Source of the DNA: Solirubrobacterales bacterium
GTDB lineage: Bacteria > Actinomycetota > Thermoleophilia > Solirubrobacterales > 70-9
Reading direction: 5' to 3'
DNA length: 64,000 bases
NCBI GenBank assembly: GCA_051306195.1
Contig: JBPPMT010000105.1
Location: 56,858-120,857 of the forward strand
Positions 37,033 to 46,075 of the stretch are shown here, piece after piece. The notes under the pieces were generated by a model. It was given only the letters and a program-made list of their open reading frames with translations, searched no databases and was not told where the DNA came from. The position numbers and the translations under genes were made by a program. Numbering within the stretch: the first letter of the stretch is position 1; the number at the start of each line of letters is the position of its first letter.

Positions 37033-37918
37033 AGCGGACTGGCTGCGTGAAAAGCCCCTTGCGTTACTGAAGCGAATCTGGGCCGTCATCTGGACGGCCG
37101 CCCTTTCATTCGACCGGGCGGCCGGTACCAGGCAGGCGGCCCAGCTCAGCTTCTTCGTATTGATGACGTTCCCGGCCCTGATGCTGCTTGCCGTCTGGGT
37201 CCTCAGCAACATCTTCGATTCGCCCGACATCCGTGAGGACCTGATCCGGGAGATCGTCGACAACCTGCCGATTGAAGAAGTCGAGGGTCGGCAGGAGATC
37301 ACCAAGTTGCTGGATGGCCTGACCAGTGGAGCCGGAAGCCTCGGCATCCTGACCGTCGGCGTACTGATCTATTCGGCCAGCGCGGCGATCGGAGCGATGC
37401 GTCACGCGGTCGAAACGGCGAACGAGAATTCTGCCGACGGTCCGTCTTTCCCGAAGAACAAGGGCCTCGACATCCTGATCACCGCCGTGACTCTTCCTCT
37501 GGCGCTGATCTTCCTCGGCCTGATCATCTCCCGTCCGCTCGAGAACCTGGTGGACGACAACGATTTCCTTTCCATTCTGGCAGGAAATTTCGGTGGACCG
37601 GTGGGCATCGGTGCGTTCGGGGTGATCTTCTTCACCTGGATGTTCTGGGTCCTCAACCCGGGCAAGACTCCCTGGGTCAGCACCGTGATCGGGGCTGCCG
37701 TGGCCGCTTTCCTGGTGGGATCGGTCAGCTACGGGCTTCGGCTCTGGTTCGAAATCACCGGTGGCGGAAGTGCCGTCTATGGCGTCCTCACGGGTTTCCT
37801 CGGCGTCCTGATTTTCCTGAACCTCGCTTCGATGGGGGTCGTCTATGGGGCCCATATTGCGGCCACGTTCAGGGTCAAACCCTGGCGACCGGTTTCGAAG
37901 TGGGAGGGCGACGTTTGA
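37004..37918 (+). CDS. YihY/BrkB-family membrane protein
   Basis: 304 aa. Contains AAQLSFFVLMTFPALMLL and a multi-TM body typical of YihY/virulence factor BrkB. Overlaps the upstream gene by 29 nt, so the start is uncertain. Confidence 0.72.
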   Translation: MPPRKAWGTEADWLREKPLALLKRIWAVIWTAALSFDRAAGTRQAAQLSFFVLMTFPALMLLAVWVLSNIFDSPDIREDLIREIVDNLPIEEVEGRQEITKLLDGLTSGAGSLGILTVGVLIYSASAAIGAMRHAVETANENSADGPSFPKNKGLDILITAVTLPLALIFLGLIISRPLENLVDDNDFLSILAGNFGGPVGIGAFGVIFFTWMFWVLNPGKTPWVSTVIGAAVAAFLVGSVSYGLRLWFEITGGGSAVYGVLTGFLGVLIFLNLASMGVVYGAHIAATFRVKPWRPVSKWEGDV

Positions 37919-37932
37919 TGTAGGTTCTGGCA

Positions 37933-38211
37933 ATGCCCTGCTTCGTAGCGCTCTTCGCACTTATTTCGCCAAGGCTCGCTCTTTTTGTGATCCTGGTCTT
38001 CTCCGACTGGGTCGGCGACGCATTCGACGGATGGATCCTGCCGATCCTCGGATTCTTCCTGCTTCCCTGGACCACCCTCGCCTACATCTGCATGTGGCAG
38101 ATCGGAACCAGGGGAGTTGAAGGCTTCGAGTGGCTGATCGTGATCTTCGCTTTCGTCATCGACATAATGACCTACACCAAGGGACGCCAGGCGCGGGAAT
38201 CACGAGCCTGA
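37933..38211 (+). CDS. small three-TM membrane protein, function unknown
   Basis: 92 aa, strongly hydrophobic, with coding-like codon usage. Confidence 0.5.
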   Translation: MPCFVALFALISPRLALFVILVFSDWVGDAFDGWILPILGFFLLPWTTLAYICMWQIGTRGVEGFEWLIVIFAFVIDIMTYTKGRQARESRA

Positions 38212-38239
38212 GGGCTCTGGCGGCAACGCCGACATCCAC

Positions 38240-38719
38240 TCAGTGGACGAAGATTTTCAGGGACACGATCAGCAGGCCGATCAGTGCGTTGATCACGCCG
38301 ATCGTGAGTCGACGGCCCCAGGTGAGGTCCTCGCGGGTGCCCATGGCCACCCCGGCGATAAAGAGCACCCCGACACCGACCCAGACAGCGACGTAGGTGG
38401 CGCTCTCGGTCGAAACGAGACCGAGCGGGGCCAGCAGCATGGCGGCGGCAGGGATCAGCGATCCCTGGACCAGCGGCCACTCCCGTTTCATCGCCAGCAG
38501 GAGGATTTCCTTCGCATCCGAAGGCCGGGCGAACCCGGCTGCGACGAAGGTGGCGTAGACGTGGGCAATCCAGAAGACAAGCGCCGTAGCGGCAGCCCAG
38601 CCGGCGATCGCCATCGGTCCTAGCGACTCGTCCTTGCTGGCAGTGGAGATCACCGCCATCGAGAGGATGGTGCCGTAGATCGCACCGGCGTAGTTGGTTT
38701 CCAGGGGCCTCGTTCGCAT
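38240..38719 (-). CDS. membrane protein, function unknown
   Basis: 159 aa with 4-5 hydrophobic spans. Confidence 0.6.
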   Translation of the reverse strand: MRTRPLETNYAGAIYGTILSMAVISTASKDESLGPMAIAGWAAATALVFWIAHVYATFVAAGFARPSDAKEILLLAMKREWPLVQGSLIPAAAMLLAPLGLVSTESATYVAVWVGVGVLFIAGVAMGTREDLTWGRRLTIGVINALIGLLIVSLKIFVH

Positions 38720-38765
38720 GCTCAGGCGAGAACCCTACTCTGGCCGGGGTGGATACCTTTTGCGG

Positions 38766-39515
38766 ATGAACGCAGTTACCTATGTCGGCCACGCAACCGT
38801 GGAGATCGAACTCGACGGGGTTCGCCTGATCACCGATCCCGTCTTGAGGAAGCGGGTCGTCCATCTGCGCAGGCAGGTCCCCCTGACCGGGGGACCGGGA
38901 GGACGGAAGCCGGACGCAGTCCTCGTCTCGCATCAGCATTTCGACCATCTCGATCTGCCGACGCTCCGCGCGCTCGGCAGCAATGTGCGGATCATCTCCG
39001 GGCCCGGGACAAGGCGGCTGCTCAGGAAAAAAGGCTTCTCCAGGGTGACCGAGATCGCCGTCGGTGAATCGATGGACGTGGGCCCGGTGACGGTCACCGC
39101 AGTGCCAGCGGACCACGACGGCAGCCGTCGGCCGATGTCCGCGGCGGGCGAGGCGGTCGGCTTCCTGATCGGCGGGTCGAAGCAGATCTATTTCGCCGGG
39201 GATACCGATGTCTACCCGGAGATGGACCAGATCCATTCGGAGATCGACCTGGCACTGATCCCGGTGTGGGGATGGGGGCACACGCTGGGAGTTGGCCATA
39301 TGGACCCGACCGGCGCTGCCAGGGCGGTTGAGATGATCAGGCCCCGGGTAGCCGTCCCGATCCATTGGGGCACCTTCTTCCCGATGGTCGCCGGGCGATG
39401 GGGCAGGCACCACCTGACGGAACCGCCAAAGCGGTTCGCGGCTCAGGTGGCTGAGAACTCGCCGGGAGTCGAAGTCAGGGTGCTGGAGCCAGGAGCTTCG
39501 ACAGCACTCACCTGA
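38766..39515 (+). CDS. MBL-fold metallo-hydrolase
   Basis: 249 aa from ATG 38766 (MNAVTYVGHATVEIELDGVRLITDPV), with SHQHFDH as the H-x-H-x-D-H motif. Confidence 0.8.
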   Translation: MNAVTYVGHATVEIELDGVRLITDPVLRKRVVHLRRQVPLTGGPGGRKPDAVLVSHQHFDHLDLPTLRALGSNVRIISGPGTRRLLRKKGFSRVTEIAVGESMDVGPVTVTAVPADHDGSRRPMSAAGEAVGFLIGGSKQIYFAGDTDVYPEMDQIHSEIDLALIPVWGWGHTLGVGHMDPTGAARAVEMIRPRVAVPIHWGTFFPMVAGRWGRHHLTEPPKRFAAQVAENSPGVEVRVLEPGASTALT

Positions 39516-41590
39516 TCGGTCTGAGCGATTTGCTCCATCCAATCCTTGAAGAGGTGATAGATGTTCTCGGCGCCGATGACCCCATCTTCTGGCCACTCGA
39601 GATCCGCCGGGTGGAGGACGAAGGGGTAGGACTGGGTTCCACCGAGACCCCCGTGGGAGCCGACAAGCTCTTCGAAAGCGGCGACTTCGTCGGTCTCCTT
39701 CCAGTAGGTGCTGTTGACCATGATGTCCGGGCAGTGGGGAAAGTTGTGGGTCCGCAGGAGGTGGTCCCTGGTGTTCGGTCCGAACGGTTGAAGCGGATCC
39801 TCGCCTTCGATCAGGTCCAGCTCCAGGAAGTGGACTCCTTCGGCACCGATTGCCACCGCGCCGTGCTTGTCCGACTTGATCAGGACGAATCCGATTCCGG
39901 GGTGGGCGGCAAGGCCTTCGATCAGGGCGGGGTGGAGGTCGTCGAGTCGTTCGAGGGTCATCCGTCCCGGCTCCCGGGGGAAGTTGATCAGACCGAGGCA
40001 GCCGGACGCCATTACCGAGAGCTCGGGAACCGGATCGTCTGGACTGTCAGCGAAGTCTTCGTCCCGGCCGCTTGAATCCGGGCCGATGTCGCCGTCTTTC
40101 ACCTTGCGGCGGCTCAGCTTTCCGACCAGCTTGCCGAAGAAGGTTTCGTCGTTCGCGACTTCCGTGACCGAGGCGTTGAGGTAGGCGCGGGCGTCATCTT
40201 CGCCTTCAACCGCCGGCTTGGCATCCCCGCCGCGGCTGAGTGAAGAGACCAGGTCTTCGAGAGTCAGGCTGTAGCGGTCCTTGAAGGTAGTGCCCTGTGA
40301 CTGGCCGTGATCGGACAGCACGACGAAACGGTAGGGGCGGGGTGCGACCTGCGCCGCCTTGACGATCCGGGCGATCTGCTGGTCAACCACCTTCAGCGTT
40401 TCCAGGGTGTCGGGACGTTCGATTCCGGAGTGGTGGGCTACTTCGTCGTAGGCGAGAAAGGTCGTGTAGACCGCGGGTCGACCCGAGAGCATGTCGCCGA
40501 CAACTGCAGCGACCTGCAGGTCGAGCTGGATCACCGTCGCCCAGGCTCGCATGACTGCGTAGCTCCGCGGGCGGGTGATTCGGGGCTGGACGTCGTCACT
40601 GACCTGGAGCGTCGCCGCGCGCCGTTCTTTGTAGATCTCGATGAAGGTGAAGGCAGCGGTCTTCAATACGCCGTAGGGGCGAGCGAAGTAGGCGGCATAA
40701 TCGTGACCGATCTTTCCGCGGCGCTCAAGCACCGTGCTCATGGTCAGCATCGAGCTGGTGGCGTCTCCGGAGAGGATGTTGGCCCGGCTCGCTCCGTTGT
40801 TCGAGAGCAGCCCGTTGCCGTCGGACTGTCGGCGTTCGATCTCGGCCGCGTCCCGGGGGTGGTTCGTGACCATCGCTTTGTTCAGGTCCTTCTCCCACCA
40901 GCGGAAAGCGGGCATGTCGTGGTTGTTGCCGTGAAGGATGCCCGCCTGGCAGGCGCCGGTCTGCGAGGACCAGTCGGTCTCCCACTTGTTCAGGTCGTAG
41001 CTTCCGTCACGAACCCAACCGGCCAGAGTGGGGGCGTTGCCGTTGGCGAAAGCCCGCCGCAGGATGTCGTGGGCGAGGCCGTCGATCTCCAGGTAGACGA
41101 TGCCCGGGACCGCTGTCTCTTCCACTTCTCCACGTGCACGAAGTTGCCCGCTGACGACATTCAGATACCAGGTGCTGTCTTCGTCGATCGCCAGCAGGGC
41201 GGAGATCAAAGAAGTGATCACGGCCATGAACACGGTGATGACCACCGCTTCTCCCAGGCCGTCTATCTGAAGCCAGGGCATCGCGAGCATGGCTCCGCCG
41301 ACGATCAGCGCATTCAGGATGAGACCGAAGAATCCAAGGGTGAGAACCGTGAGGCGGAGCGTGAACCTCGACAGAAGGGGCCAGGCAAAAGCGTTGAGCA
41401 GGCCGATGGCCAGAGCGGTGAGGATCGCTGCGCCGAACCCGTCGACGGTGAACCCTGGCATGATCGCGTTCAGCAGCAGAAGAGCCGCCGCATCGATCAG
41501 CACGACGATCAGGCCGTGCGTGAACAGCCTTGACGGCTTTCGTGTTACCCCCGGAAGTGACTGGTCGGACACCGCGATGGAGACTTTCAC
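39443..41590 (-). CDS. membrane protein fusing a holin-4TM (Phage_holin_4_2/DUF360-like) domain to an alkaline-phosphatase-superfamily (NPP-like) domain
   Basis: 715 aa. The N-terminus has an LLLLNAIMPGFTVDGFG...LILNALIVGGAMLAMPWLQIDGLG duplication. The catalytic core has EIDGLAHD, SSQTGACQAGILHGN (Thr nucleophile), DEVAHHSG, LSDHGQ and GSHGG. Confidence 0.8.
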   Translation of the reverse strand: MKVSIAVSDQSLPGVTRKPSRLFTHGLIVVLIDAAALLLLNAIMPGFTVDGFGAAILTALAIGLLNAFAWPLLSRFTLRLTVLTLGFFGLILNALIVGGAMLAMPWLQIDGLGEAVVITVFMAVITSLISALLAIDEDSTWYLNVVSGQLRARGEVEETAVPGIVYLEIDGLAHDILRRAFANGNAPTLAGWVRDGSYDLNKWETDWSSQTGACQAGILHGNNHDMPAFRWWEKDLNKAMVTNHPRDAAEIERRQSDGNGLLSNNGASRANILSGDATSSMLTMSTVLERRGKIGHDYAAYFARPYGVLKTAAFTFIEIYKERRAATLQVSDDVQPRITRPRSYAVMRAWATVIQLDLQVAAVVGDMLSGRPAVYTTFLAYDEVAHHSGIERPDTLETLKVVDQQIARIVKAAQVAPRPYRFVVLSDHGQSQGTTFKDRYSLTLEDLVSSLSRGGDAKPAVEGEDDARAYLNASVTEVANDETFFGKLVGKLSRRKVKDGDIGPDSSGRDEDFADSPDDPVPELSVMASGCLGLINFPREPGRMTLERLDDLHPALIEGLAAHPGIGFVLIKSDKHGAVAIGAEGVHFLELDLIEGEDPLQPFGPNTRDHLLRTHNFPHCPDIMVNSTYWKETDEVAAFEELVGSHGGLGGTQSYPFVLHPADLEWPEDGVIGAENIYHLFKDWMEQIAQTDQVSAVEAPGSSTLTSTPGEFSAT

Positions 41591-41616
41591 AAAAACAAGG
41601 TCAGCTGCGCGTGCAC

Positions 41617-41645
41617 TTACAAGTCAGTTGACTGACTGGTATATT
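41617..41645 (+). promoter_or_regulatory. putative promoter (TTACAA-17 nt-TATATT) with an embedded TetR-type operator palindrome
   Basis: The inverted repeat AGTCAG-TTGA-CTGACT (41622-41637) sits in the spacer. The -10 ends 9 nt before the tetR ATG at 41655, implying a leaderless or near-leaderless transcript. Confidence 0.5.
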
Positions 41646-41654
41646 CACGGCCAG

Positions 41655-42269
41655 ATGACGACCCCTCGCCGCCAACAGAGTGATCGCACTGCCGCAACCC
41701 GAACCTCGGTACTCGACGCCACGGTCGAACTGCTGATCGAAAAGGGATACGCCGGCACCTCCACCAGGCTTGCGGCCGAACGAGCCGGAGTTTCACTCGG
41801 TGCCCTCCAGCATCATTTCCGGACCAAGGCAATCCTCAGCGTCGAAGCCATGCGGTACCTGGCCGAGCGGCTGGCCGAGGAGTTCGTCGCAGCGTCTCCG
41901 GACTCCGACGATGTGGTCGATCGTTTTGGCACGATCCTCGACCGCGTGCTGGTGGTATTCCGTGGGCCGACCTTTGCGGCCGCGGTGGAGATCCAGCTGG
42001 CGTCACGAACGGACGCCGAACTCCAGCAACCGGTTCGTGACCTCCACGACGACTTCGAGGAGATCATCCTCAACAGCGCTACGGCACTTCTGCCCGAGAT
42101 CGCCAACCTACCGGGGTTCGACAGTCTCCTCCAGACTTCGATCTCCGCGGTTCGTGGGCTCGCCGTCTCAACCATGGACCCGATCACCGAGACCAGGGAG
42201 CAGTGGGCCCTTATCCGCCCGCAGCTGATCGCCATCGCTCGGGAGATTGCCTCGCAGGAAGCACAATGA
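41655..42269 (+). CDS. TetR/AcrR-family transcriptional regulator
   Basis: 204 aa from ATG 41655. HTH region RTSVLDATVELLIEKGYAGTSTRLAAERAGVSLGALQHHF. The upstream part of the 326-aa ORF is antisense to the previous gene. Confidence 0.88.
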   Translation: MTTPRRQQSDRTAATRTSVLDATVELLIEKGYAGTSTRLAAERAGVSLGALQHHFRTKAILSVEAMRYLAERLAEEFVAASPDSDDVVDRFGTILDRVLVVFRGPTFAAAVEIQLASRTDAELQQPVRDLHDDFEEIILNSATALLPEIANLPGFDSLLQTSISAVRGLAVSTMDPITETREQWALIRPQLIAIAREIASQEAQ

Positions 42270-43741
42270 GCCAGAGCCCTGCCCTGAACCTGCCACCCGG
42301 GCCAACCGGCCTGGCGAACAAGAAGTTCATCCTCGACGCGGCACGCGACTTCATGAAGCCGATGTGCCAGGCGGCCCTCGATTACGGCGACGTGGCCAGT
42401 ACCTATTCCCGTGGACGGAACCTGGTGATCGTCAGCGGCCACGAGGCCGCGAAGCACGTTCTCATCACCAATCAGGACAATTACAGCAAGGGTTCGGAAT
42501 ACGAGCTGCTGCGGATCATCCTCGGCGAAGGCCTGCTGACCAGCCAGGGACAGCTCTGGAAGAAGCAGCGTCGACTGGTCCAGCCGATTTTCGCCAAGCG
42601 TCATCTCAAGACATTCACCGAACACATGACCAGCGCCACCGCTGATGCCCTTGAAGGAGAGACTTTCGGCAATATCGCCGACGGAGAGGTGGTTGACGTC
42701 TCCGAGGCGATGATGGAGCTGACCCTCGACGTGGTTGGCCGGGCGCTTTTCGGTGCCGATCTCAGCGGGGACACCGCGCGTCGGGTGGGACCCGCCATGA
42801 ACGATGTGCTGATCATCGGGACACGCATGGTGCGACGACTGCCGACTTACGCCGCGTCACTGCTTCCCGGGATGAATCTCGAGCGGGCAATAGCCCTGAA
42901 TCCGGAAGGCCGACGGTTCCAGCGGGCGCTCGCCGAGATGCGGCTTGTTATCGAAGAGGTGCTCGATGAGCGGGATGCGCAGACCGATGCCGGTGAAGAC
43001 CTGGTGGGCCTGATGCTCCGCGCGAAGGACGAAGAAACCGGCGAAAGCATGTCCCGCCAGCAGATCGGCGAGGAGCTCATGACTTTCATGCTCGCCGGTC
43101 ACGAAACGACTTCCAACGCCCTTTCGTGGACCTGGAAATGGCTCTCGCTCAATCCTGCCGCGCGGGACCGCATGCTGGATGAGGTTGACACCAACATCGG
43201 TGACCGGGTGCCGACCATGGATGACATGGAACTCCTCCCATGGACCCGCGCCGCAATCGAAGAAGCGATGCGGATCACGCCGCCTGTCTGGACGGTCGGA
43301 CGCAAAGCACTTGCTGACGATGTGGTCGGCGGCTACGACGTGCCCGCCGGGTCCGGTGTGATGGTCCTGATCACGATGATTCACCGTGACCCCTCGATCT
43401 GGCCCAATCCGGAGGGTTACGACCCGAACCGGTTCATGCCCGAGAACGTCAAGTCACGCCCACGCCACGCCTACCTGCCGTTCGGGGCTGGTCGCCGCAT
43501 GTGTGTCGGATCTACCTTTGCAATCGTTGAAGCGACCCTGCTCGCCGCGATGATCAGCCGTCGCCTGACCTTCGACATTCCCCGCGGCGCGAAGATCGAG
43601 CCGGAGGCGTCGATCACCATGCGCCCGAAGGGTGGAATGCCGATGACCGTTCATCGCCGCAGCCTTGCCGGCGACCCCTCGCCGCCGGTATTCGAAGCCC
43701 CGGGCACACCGGCAGAACCGGCATGCCCGGTACCTCACTGA
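42266..43741 (+). CDS. cytochrome P450
   Basis: 491 aa. I-helix AGHETTS, ExxR (EEAMR) and heme-binding loop FGAGRRMCVGSTFA. The ATG overlaps the tetR stop (ATGA). Confidence 0.93.
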   Translation: MSQSPALNLPPGPTGLANKKFILDAARDFMKPMCQAALDYGDVASTYSRGRNLVIVSGHEAAKHVLITNQDNYSKGSEYELLRIILGEGLLTSQGQLWKKQRRLVQPIFAKRHLKTFTEHMTSATADALEGETFGNIADGEVVDVSEAMMELTLDVVGRALFGADLSGDTARRVGPAMNDVLIIGTRMVRRLPTYAASLLPGMNLERAIALNPEGRRFQRALAEMRLVIEEVLDERDAQTDAGEDLVGLMLRAKDEETGESMSRQQIGEELMTFMLAGHETTSNALSWTWKWLSLNPAARDRMLDEVDTNIGDRVPTMDDMELLPWTRAAIEEAMRITPPVWTVGRKALADDVVGGYDVPAGSGVMVLITMIHRDPSIWPNPEGYDPNRFMPENVKSRPRHAYLPFGAGRRMCVGSTFAIVEATLLAAMISRRLTFDIPRGAKIEPEASITMRPKGGMPMTVHRRSLAGDPSPPVFEAPGTPAEPACPVPH

Positions 43742-43742
43742 A

Positions 43743-45944
43743 CTAAGGCTCTATTCCCAGCTCTTCGGCGATGTCGGGAGCGAGCGGTTCGCCGATCGGA
43801 TCCCGGTTCTTGACGGCGTGGCCTTCGAGTGAGACGTCCGGAAGGATCCGGTCGAGCCAGCCGGGGAGCCACCACGCCTTGTCTCCGAGCAGGGTGACAA
43901 CCGCCGGGGCGATCACCAGCCTCACGAAGAATACGTCGATCAGGATCGCCAGACCCAGTCCAAGGCCGATCATCTTGGCGACCACGTCCGGCTGGGTGAC
44001 GAAGGCCAGGAAGACCGAGGACATGATCAGGCCCGCGAACAGGATCACCTTGCCGATCCTGGAGAGTCCGACGATCACGCTTTCACGGGGGCTGTCGCCA
44101 CCGTTATACGCCTCGTGGATCCGGGAGAGCAGGAAGACGTTGTAGTCCATGCTCAACCCGAAGAGGATGGCGAAGATCATCACTGGAATGAAGCTCATGA
44201 TCGGCACTCCACTGTCGACTCCGATCAGGCTCGCCCCGATCCCGTCCTGGAAGACCGCAACGATCACGCCGTAGGAGGCCGCCACTGAGAGCAGGTTGAA
44301 GACCGCCGATACGAGCGGTATCCACAGGGAACGGAAAGCCATCATCAGGAGCAGGACCGAAAGTCCGATCACCATCAGGATGAATACGGGGAGCCGCTCG
44401 GAGACTTTGTCCGAAAAATCCTCGAACGCGGCCGTATTACCGCCGATATAGATACTGAGGGAGGACCCTTCGGTCGCATCCGGAACGACGTTTTTTCGCA
44501 GGTTCTCCAGAAGGTCGCTGGTCGCGGCGTCTTGTGGAGCGGTGGTCGGGATCAGCGCAATGGTCGCCATCTTGTCGTCCTTGCTGTAGGTCGCAGGAAT
44601 GACTGAGGCAACTCCCGGGGTCTCCTTCAGCTCGGCTTCGACCTGCTTGAGTTCGGCGTCGGTTGCGGCGTTCTTCTCGGGGAAGTCCACGGCCAAGAGG
44701 AACGGACCGTTCGATCCGGCGCCAAAGCCTTCGCTCAGCAGGTCATAGGCGATCCGCTGGGTTTTTCCTTCCTGCTGGTTGCCGTCATCGGGCTGGCCCA
44801 GACGCAGGTTGGTCATCGGCCAGGCGAATATCAACAGGACCACGACGCCAAAGGCGATCGAGAGCCAGGGGCGCTTGGTTACGGTAGTTCCCCACTTTGC
44901 AAATACGGGTGAGGGGCGCACATGCTTGACTGACTTCGGGCGCAGCCACTTCTTGAGAGCACCCAGCATGATCGGAAGGATGGTCAGGGCGGAAACCACC
45001 ACGGCTGCCACACCGATAGCGGCGCCAATTCCCATTTTGCCGATCAGCGGAATGCCGATCACGAGGAGTCCGGCGATCGCCACCATGACGATCAGTCCGG
45101 CTGCCACTACGGCAGAACCGGCTGTCGCACCGGACCTGGCTGATGCATCGCCGATCGAGTCACCGGCTGCGAGTTGTTCCCGGAATCTCCCCATCAAGAG
45201 CAGGGAGTAGTCGATGCCGGCACCAAGGCCCAACATCACCGCGATCGTGGCCGCGAATTCGGGCAATCCGAGGGGCGAAGCAAGGATGACCAGAAGGGTC
45301 TGGCCGACCATCACACCGATCAATGCACCGACGATCGTGGCGGCCATCGCCGAACCGGAGCGGAAGAGGAAGGTGAGCAGGACGATGGCGATCGCGATGC
45401 CGATCAGTTCCCCGACCGGAGCTTCCTGTTCGGAGGCGAGGTCAACCACGATGCCGCGCATCGAGACGTCGACGCCGTCGCCTTCAGCCGTTCTCGCGGC
45501 TGCTTCGAGTTCTTCACCCTGTTTTTTGGTTACGTCACCGAAGTCGAGGTCCCAGCGCACGTCCGACGAGGCGATCTGCCCGTCCTTGGAGACACCGGGG
45601 GTCTTCGGATTGAACGGATCACCGACGGAAACGACGTCGGGCTGTTTCTTGATCTCGTCGAGCGCGCTCTCGATGGCTTCCTGGCGGGCCGGCTCGGTGA
45701 GCTTGCCGCTTTCGGTGCTGAAGACCACGGTTGAATCAACGCCTGACAGGGCTGGAGCGTGGGCATCAAACAGGTCGATCGCCTTCTGGCTCTCTGTACC
45801 CGGGATGTTGAAGTCGTCAGGAGGAGGGTCACTCGCAGTCGCAGCGAGGGCAAAGATTCCGACGAGGGCGAGGATCGCAACGACCAGGGAACGTTTCCAG
45901 TGAATCGTGATCGTGCGGACGAGGCTTGCTAATAGGTTTGACAT
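43743..45944 (-). CDS. MMPL-family (RND superfamily) transporter
   Basis: 733 aa from ATG 45944 (SD GGAG 5 nt upstream), with a 12-TM two-lobe architecture and MMPL-type periplasmic domains. The ORF-track GTG at 45992 lacks an SD. Confidence 0.9.
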   Translation of the reverse strand: MSNLLASLVRTITIHWKRSLVVAILALVGIFALAATASDPPPDDFNIPGTESQKAIDLFDAHAPALSGVDSTVVFSTESGKLTEPARQEAIESALDEIKKQPDVVSVGDPFNPKTPGVSKDGQIASSDVRWDLDFGDVTKKQGEELEAAARTAEGDGVDVSMRGIVVDLASEQEAPVGELIGIAIAIVLLTFLFRSGSAMAATIVGALIGVMVGQTLLVILASPLGLPEFAATIAVMLGLGAGIDYSLLLMGRFREQLAAGDSIGDASARSGATAGSAVVAAGLIVMVAIAGLLVIGIPLIGKMGIGAAIGVAAVVVSALTILPIMLGALKKWLRPKSVKHVRPSPVFAKWGTTVTKRPWLSIAFGVVVLLIFAWPMTNLRLGQPDDGNQQEGKTQRIAYDLLSEGFGAGSNGPFLLAVDFPEKNAATDAELKQVEAELKETPGVASVIPATYSKDDKMATIALIPTTAPQDAATSDLLENLRKNVVPDATEGSSLSIYIGGNTAAFEDFSDKVSERLPVFILMVIGLSVLLLMMAFRSLWIPLVSAVFNLLSVAASYGVIVAVFQDGIGASLIGVDSGVPIMSFIPVMIFAILFGLSMDYNVFLLSRIHEAYNGGDSPRESVIVGLSRIGKVILFAGLIMSSVFLAFVTQPDVVAKMIGLGLGLAILIDVFFVRLVIAPAVVTLLGDKAWWLPGWLDRILPDVSLEGHAVKNRDPIGEPLAPDIAEELGIEP

Positions 45945-45996
45945 CGAACTCCAGGGAGATGAGGGGAAAGAAGTATGGCGGAAAATTAGCACATAT

Positions 45997-46055
45997 CCTG
46001 CAGGTTCGCATTCACTGCGTAATTACGTGTGATGCATAACTGCAGGTACTGCAGG
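45997..46055. promoter_or_regulatory. candidate operator region between the divergent MMPL and tetR genes
   Basis: Three copies of CTGCAGG (45998, 46040, 46049), a perfect 10-bp palindrome CGTAATTACG (46018-46027) and ATGCAT (46032-46037). Confidence 0.3.
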
Positions 46056-46075
46056 CTTTGATACCATGGTGGCCA

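Noticed and set aside
39443-41590. The idea that the nearby FGE-family enzyme (35575-36540) matures this alkaline-phosphatase-superfamily protein.
   Set aside because: The protein has no C/S-x-P-x-R sulfatase motif. Its three Cys are in GACQAG, SGCLGL and HCPDIM. Its nucleophile motif is the Thr-type NPP pattern.
41289-41654. N-terminal extension of the TetR ORF.
   Set aside because: It is antisense to the AlkP-fusion gene. The TetR HTH follows ATG 41655, which has a promoter/operator just upstream.
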